This document shows positions 15,645 to 20,000 of a stretch of DNA of 20,000 nt, one piece after another; the stretch's first letter is position 1, and every line of letters begins with the position of its first letter. The DNA is taken from IMG/VR virus record IMGVR_UViG_3300005764_000015, positions 58,058-78,057 of that record; one strand, 5' to 3'. A program made the translations under genes and the position numbers. Below the pieces are notes generated by a model. That model did not search any database. It saw only the letters and a program-made list of their open reading frames with translations, and was not told where the DNA came from. The stretch comes from an uncultured virus (IMG/VR IMGVR_UViG_3300005764_000015). Taxonomy: Duplodnaviria; Heunggongvirae; Uroviricota; Caudoviricetes.

Positions 15645-16145
15645 GTGACGTCAAAAGATCTGGTCAAACGGCTGGCAATCGTAGATCAGAACATCCTGGC
15701 AGAAGCTGCAAAGCAGGCGCAGCTTTTCATGGATGCTGCTGAATACCGGGTGGAGACAATGCGGCGCCGGGCAGAAGCAGTAGCTAGAATAGAGTCGCGC
15801 CGTGCTAGCCTGGTCCTGAAAAGGCGGGCAGAAAAAGATGAGCTTGGCAAAAAAGCCACGGAAGGTGAAATCAAAGCCTGGGTAGAGTCAAGGAAAATCA
15901 TCAGCCAGCTGCGTGCAGCAGTAGACCGCGGTTACGAGGAAGAAGAGTTCGGGAAATTAATCCTCGAAGCCTACCGCATGCGCAGGGAAGCTATCCGGGT
16001 TATCGCAGAAGCAGAAAATCTGGGGCTGATGCGCGGTTCCAAAGAAGTAGAAAACATTGAGCAACGCCGTAAGATGATAGCTAATGCTAGGCAGTTGGAA
16101 AACAAGCGTCGTCGGCTGGAACGCGATGCCGATGAATTGGAGTAG
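15645..16145 (+). CDS. UvsY-like recombination mediator (helical)
   Basis: All-helical 166 aa with LAIVDQNI..E..KQ, KATEGEIKAWV, LEAYRMRREAI; lies directly upstream of SSB and recA. Confidence 0.55.
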   Translation: MTSKDLVKRLAIVDQNILAEAAKQAQLFMDAAEYRVETMRRRAEAVARIESRRASLVLKRRAEKDELGKKATEGEIKAWVESRKIISQLRAAVDRGYEEEEFGKLILEAYRMRREAIRVIAEAENLGLMRGSKEVENIEQRRKMIANARQLENKRRRLERDADELE

Positions 16146-16168
16146 AAAATGACTGAAAGGAGTAATTG

Positions 16169-17509
16169 ATGGCAGACGATTATAAGACCAGAGCACGAAA
16201 GCGGGCGTCAGAGCGCCAGCAGTCGATCTGGATGAAGCTGAAGGAAGGTGACAACACCTTCCGTATCTTGCCCACGCCGGAGGGAAAGAATTCTCCGAGC
16301 ATGTTCATCGAGTACAGCGTGCACCGCGACGTAGGTCCGAATAAATCGGTGTTGCGGTGCGGCAAGGATCCCACGACCAGGGAAGGCTCGTGCTACGTGT
16401 GCGATGTGTACATTCCGCGTATGCAGCGCAAGGGCAAGGAACGCACGGCAGACGCCGTCCGTGCCCGGGATGTCCTGGTCATGCAGGTGGCACGGGTTGA
16501 CGACGAGACAGGAAAGATGACAGGGCCTTTCCTGTGGCAGCCTTCCAAGCGGACGGGCGATCAGGTGCTTGCTTCCATATTCGGTAGCAAGAAGCGGGAT
16601 TACACCGATCCGAAAAAGGGCTATAACATCACGATCAACCGTACCGGCACCGGGAAGAACGACACGCGCTACGGCATGATCGAGCCGGACCACGAGCCGT
16701 CCGCAGTAGACAAGGGGCTTATCGCCAAGCTCAAGCCGTTCGACGAGCTGAAAGAAATCCTGGTCTACAGCGAAGCCAAACAGAAGGCGGCGATCACCGG
16801 CACTCCTACTACGGAAGAAGAAGATGAAGAGCCAGTGTCCCGGCCCCGGCGACGCGGCAAAGCCCCCGACGAAGAGGAAGAAGAGGACGTGGCAGCAGAG
16901 GAGGACGGGGACGAAGACGACGAGGATGACGAAGACGAAGAAGAGGAAGAAGAAAAGCCTCGTAGCGGCAAAGCCAAGTCCCGCAAGGTAGAAGAGGACG
17001 AAGAGGAAGAAGAGGAGGAGGACGAGGAAGAAGAAGAGGAAGAGAAACCGCGTAAGTCGGTCAAGCGCTCCAGCAAGAAGACCACGACGGTCGAAGAGGA
17101 GGAAGAAGAGGAGGAAGAGGAGGAGGAGGAAGAAGAAAAGCCCGTGAAGCGTGGGCGCGGCCGGCCTAAGAAAGCTGCCAAGGTCGAAGAGGACGAGGAA
17201 GAGGAAGAGTCCGAAGACGAGGACGAGGAGGAAGAAGAGGAAGAAGCACCTCCGAAGCGCGGCCGTGGCAGACCCAAGAAAGCGTCGAAGGAAGAGGACG
17301 AGGAAGAAGAGGAAGATACCGACCTCGACGAAGAAGAGGAAGAAGAGGAGGAGGAAGAACCTGCTCCGAAAAAGACCAAGAAGCCGGTGAAAGCCGCAGC
17401 TGCGGAAGAAGACGAAGACGAGGATGAGGAATCGGACGACGACGAGGAGGAAGAAGAAGCGCCTCCCGTGCCTCCGAAGCCCACTCCGAAACGCCGCGGC
17501 CGTCGCTAG
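16169..17509 (+). CDS. gp32-like single-stranded DNA-binding protein with ~230-aa acidic/basic tail containing two AT-hooks
   Basis: SD AAGGAG before ATG 16169. WMKLKEGDNTFRILP, H...C...CYVC Zn site, DYTDPKKGYNITINRTGTG.NDTRY; poly-Glu tracts; KRGRGRPKK twice. Confidence 0.82.
   Translation: MADDYKTRARKRASERQQSIWMKLKEGDNTFRILPTPEGKNSPSMFIEYSVHRDVGPNKSVLRCGKDPTTREGSCYVCDVYIPRMQRKGKERTADAVRARDVLVMQVARVDDETGKMTGPFLWQPSKRTGDQVLASIFGSKKRDYTDPKKGYNITINRTGTGKNDTRYGMIEPDHEPSAVDKGLIAKLKPFDELKEILVYSEAKQKAAITGTPTTEEEDEEPVSRPRRRGKAPDEEEEEDVAAEEDGDEDDEDDEDEEEEEEKPRSGKAKSRKVEEDEEEEEEEDEEEEEEEKPRKSVKRSSKKTTTVEEEEEEEEEEEEEEEKPVKRGRGRPKKAAKVEEDEEEEESEDEDEEEEEEEAPPKRGRGRPKKASKEEDEEEEEDTDLDEEEEEEEEEEPAPKKTKKPVKAAAAEEDEDEDEESDDDEEEEEAPPVPPKPTPKRRGRR
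16800..17509 (+). repeat. Low-complexity GAR/GAC-codon tracts alternating with basic blocks
   Basis: About seven acidic runs separated by K/R/P-rich spacers; near-duplicated KRGRGRPKK units at 17147-17173 and 17255-17281. Confidence 0.85.
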
Positions 17510-17533
17510 TTTCCACTAACTGAACTTACTCCG

Positions 17534-17560
17534 AGGCAGCTCGCAAGGGCTGCCTTTTTT
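17534..17560 (+). terminator. Rho-independent terminator
   Basis: AGGCAGCTC-GCAA-GGGCTGCCT stem-loop with a GNRA loop, ending in a T6 run. Confidence 0.88.
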
Positions 17561-17568
17561 GTTATGGT
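17560..17568 (+). promoter_or_regulatory. Putative extended -10 element TGtTATGGT for a leaderless recA transcript
   Basis: Overlaps the terminator T-tract; ATG 17575 follows 6 nt later; no SD. Confidence 0.55.
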
Positions 17569-17574
17569 TACCCT

Positions 17575-18606
17575 ATGCCAGATGTACTGCCACCGAGGCC
17601 ACCACGCAAGGGTGAGCCCGTGGTTGCTAAACCGATGAAGAAGGCAACTAACATCCTAGATGTAATCGTTGATGAAATCAGCAAGAAAAAGGCTCCGCCG
17701 TCCAATGGGCATGTCAAAGCTTTTTCGATGGCGGACTTATACGGCGAAATAGAAGACCTGCTGCAGATGAGCAGCTTCACCTGTCGGCATGACTACTGGC
17801 TGGACGTCGCTCCAGAACTAAATGCCGCGTTAGGCTCCCGCACCTCCGGTATTCCGTTCGGCAAGATAGTCGAACTTAGCGGGTTGGAGCACGGCGGAAA
17901 AACCACCATAGCCACCTACATCGGCGGGCTTGCCCAGCAGGCTGATGCAGGCTGCGGTTACATAGACTTCGAAAATAGTCGTGACAAAGCCTGGGCCGCC
18001 AAGCTGGGCATGGATCTAGACAACGTACTGCAGCTATATCCGCGGCTGGAAAAGGCTCAGAAAGCAAGGCTTGCCCATTTACAAGGTGCAGAAGACATCT
18101 TCACGCAGGCTGAGATTGCGATGGACTTACTCCGCCAGAAGGGCTTCAAGAAGCAGTTCTGGATGCTGGACTCCATTGCGATGGTAGCTACGCGGTCGCA
18201 GATAGAAGCCGGTACGAACGGCAACATGCGCACGAAGGTGGATCGCGCGCATTTCCTGTCCGAGACGCTTCCGCGGTGGGCTGGGCTAGCTGCCAACTAC
18301 AATGCCATGATTGTACTTATCAATCAGCTTAGATTGAAAGTGGGGAAGGTATTCGGCGACCCGTTGTATTCTCCCGGTGGGAAGGCTCTCGACCATGCCT
18401 GCAGTGTCCGTGCCCGTGTCAAAAGGTACAAGGGCGGGTATATCAGGGACCGCGGAAGGATCATCGGGCTGCAGGGCACAATCACGAACAAGAAAAATAA
18501 AACCGGCAACGGGTCGCTGCCGGATGAGAAGTGCGGATTCAAGGTGATCTGGAATAAGCCAGTAGCTAGATTCAGCTTTATGAAAGCGGATGACCTGGAG
18601 GATTGA
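17575..18606 (+). CDS. recA: RecA/UvsX-like recombinase
   Basis: GIPFGKIVELSGLEHGGKTT, YIDFENS.D, MLDSIA, LINQLR.KVG..FGDP.YSPGGKAL, KNK. Confidence 0.93.
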   Translation: MPDVLPPRPPRKGEPVVAKPMKKATNILDVIVDEISKKKAPPSNGHVKAFSMADLYGEIEDLLQMSSFTCRHDYWLDVAPELNAALGSRTSGIPFGKIVELSGLEHGGKTTIATYIGGLAQQADAGCGYIDFENSRDKAWAAKLGMDLDNVLQLYPRLEKAQKARLAHLQGAEDIFTQAEIAMDLLRQKGFKKQFWMLDSIAMVATRSQIEAGTNGNMRTKVDRAHFLSETLPRWAGLAANYNAMIVLINQLRLKVGKVFGDPLYSPGGKALDHACSVRARVKRYKGGYIRDRGRIIGLQGTITNKKNKTGNGSLPDEKCGFKVIWNKPVARFSFMKADDLED

Positions 18607-18607
18607 G

Positions 18608-18829
18608 ATGCCTACGCAATTGGAGATGCTGGTCGAAGAGATGATTGCTGTAGCTGGCGGCGGCAGCGTAGAAAAGCTTCGACAGATGGTCTATGCCTAT
18701 GCCCCGAAAGGGAAGCAGGATGCAGAGCAGTTCCGTAATTTTCTAAGGCGCCTACGGCTTGCCTGTGAGGCAGCCGAGGGAGCCGCAGCAGAAACATACG
18801 CAATGGCAATGAGAGAGGACAAGACTTAA
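18608..18829 (+). CDS. Small hypothetical protein (73 aa)
   Basis: Fills the recA-dnaX gap exactly; TAATG coupling to the next gene. Confidence 0.65.
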   Translation: MPTQLEMLVEEMIAVAGGGSVEKLRQMVYAYAPKGKQDAEQFRNFLRRLRLACEAAEGAAAETYAMAMREDKT

Positions 18830-19869
18830 TGGCAACAGCAACAGCAGCTACAGCACCCGTGATGATCCGACAGCAACTGAGCCTGTCCACCCGCCCGAAG
18901 ACGTTCGATGAGATGGTGGGGCAGAAGAAAATCACGTCCGCCATCCGGGGACACGTCAAATCAGGGAGGACAATCAAGGCCTGGCTGTTCTCCGGTCCAA
19001 AGGGGACGGGCAAGACCACGATATCGCGCATCCTTGCGGTATCTTATCAGTGCCCGCACCAGACGCTCTTCGGCGCGCCGTGCAAGGAGTGCTACAACGG
19101 CAAGGCCCAATACCAGATAGAAGAAATAAATACCGCGGATATCTCCACGGTTGACAAGCTGCGGGATATGCTGCAGGGATCGTTCTACGGCATCATGGGC
19201 GCCGGCAAGTTCCGCGTGTACATCCTGGATGAGTGCCACAGGCTCAGCGATGCAGCACAGCAGCTGCTGCTGAAATACCTGGAAGACTCACCGGATACGA
19301 CGGTGTTCATCCTGTGCTCGACGGCACCACACAAGCTGCTGGAGACAGTGCGCTCCAGATGCGTGCCGTACGAGATGAGGGAGTTAGAAGCAGATGACAT
19401 AGCCATTCTGGTAACCCGGTATCTCAAGCGCGCCAAGAGCAGCCTGCCAGCAGACCGGCTTACGGAAGCCCTGGTCGATCACTATGTCAAGTCGCCACGG
19501 TTGATCGCACAGGCGGTAGAAAAGTATACTGCAGGTTTGGACCCGGAGGAAGCAGCGCAGGTGAACGGGGCCACGGAAATAGACGTGCATACACTCTGCC
19601 GCGCCGTCATCAAGGGCGATTGGCAGGACGTGGCGAAGTTTCTCTACAGCGCACAGGAGGCCAACGTGCGGGCCATCCGCGTGGGCGTCATCGCTTACCT
19701 GCGGGTCATTCTGCTCGAGTCACCGGAGCTGGAAGATCGCACCGATGTGGTCGCCAAAGCCATCAGCACCCTGTGCAACGTTCAGTACGCGGAAGATATC
19801 GTGCAGTCTGGTGCCTTAGCGGCGGAGTTATACAAGTGCTGCAAAATGTTTTCATCCTACCAGCGATGA
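18829..19869 (+). CDS. dnaX: Clamp-loader AAA+ ATPase (DNA Pol III gamma/tau-like)
   Basis: RPKTFDEMVGQ, LFSGPKGTGKTTISRILA, PCKEC, VYILDECHRLS..AQQLLLKYLE, FILCST, SRC motif. Confidence 0.93.
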   Translation: MATATAATAPVMIRQQLSLSTRPKTFDEMVGQKKITSAIRGHVKSGRTIKAWLFSGPKGTGKTTISRILAVSYQCPHQTLFGAPCKECYNGKAQYQIEEINTADISTVDKLRDMLQGSFYGIMGAGKFRVYILDECHRLSDAAQQLLLKYLEDSPDTTVFILCSTAPHKLLETVRSRCVPYEMRELEADDIAILVTRYLKRAKSSLPADRLTEALVDHYVKSPRLIAQAVEKYTAGLDPEEAAQVNGATEIDVHTLCRAVIKGDWQDVAKFLYSAQEANVRAIRVGVIAYLRVILLESPELEDRTDVVAKAISTLCNVQYAEDIVQSGALAAELYKCCKMFSSYQR

Positions 19870-20000
19870 TGCTTACCTATATAGTCGGGTGGGATGAACA
19901 CGGATGGTGGATTCAGTGCAGCATATGTGGGCTGATATCCTACAACGAGAATGATGTGAGGGAGCGCTACTGCGGGCATTGCCATATCTTCCATGACCCA
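19866..20000 (+). CDS. Small Zn-finger protein (runs off the window end)
   Basis: ATGA overlap with dnaX. Manual translation MMLTYIVGWDEHGWWIQCSICGLISYNENDVRERYCGHCHIFHDP has two CxxC pairs. Confidence 0.7.
   Translation, partial: MMLTYIVGWDEHGWWIQCSICGLISYNENDVRERYCGHCHIFHDP

Noticed and set aside
16765..17484. Long minus-strand poly-Ser ORF (and similar antisense ORFs at 6584-7244)
   Set aside because: These are mirror images of Glu/Lys-rich low-complexity sense genes.
18871..18888. QQLSLS in the DnaX N-terminus as a clamp-binding motif
   Set aside because: It occupies the position of the usual structural L..KYRP segment of DnaX and lacks the terminal aromatic residue.

Overview
This window is the DNA replication, recombination and DNA-modification module of a large dsDNA bacteriophage. 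All credible genes are on the + strand and many are translationally coupled. Gene order: HNH, DnaB-like helicase, HNH, DnaG-like primase, SAM methyltransferase, three small ORFs, 5'-3' exonuclease, ~400-bp structured spacer, sigma-like/Zn-finger/charged-tail protein, terminator, small ORF, structured ~320-bp spacer, then a 7-deazaguanine DNA-modification cluster (DpdA/TGT-like, HNH, FolE, QueD-like protein with an LxxxHRHxF motif). After that come a beta-clamp-like protein, a UDG-fused family A DNA polymerase, a hypothetical protein, a broken HNH, a UvsY-like protein, a gp32-like SSB with a long acidic/AT-hook tail, a terminator, RecA, a DnaX-like clamp loader and a small Zn-finger ORF. Most interesting: (i) the deazaguanine cluster is embedded in a replisome that pairs PolA with a bacterial-type clamp and loader, and DpdA ends in a clamp-binding-like peptide; (ii) a recurring TGTTAnnnT extended -10 motif predicts leaderless mRNAs and reveals an unlisted 45-aa HNH remnant; (iii) two structured non-coding regions, one of them an attenuator-like leader before dpdA; (iv) an HMGA-like tail on the SSB. 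All family calls come from motifs recognised by eye; no database searches were run.
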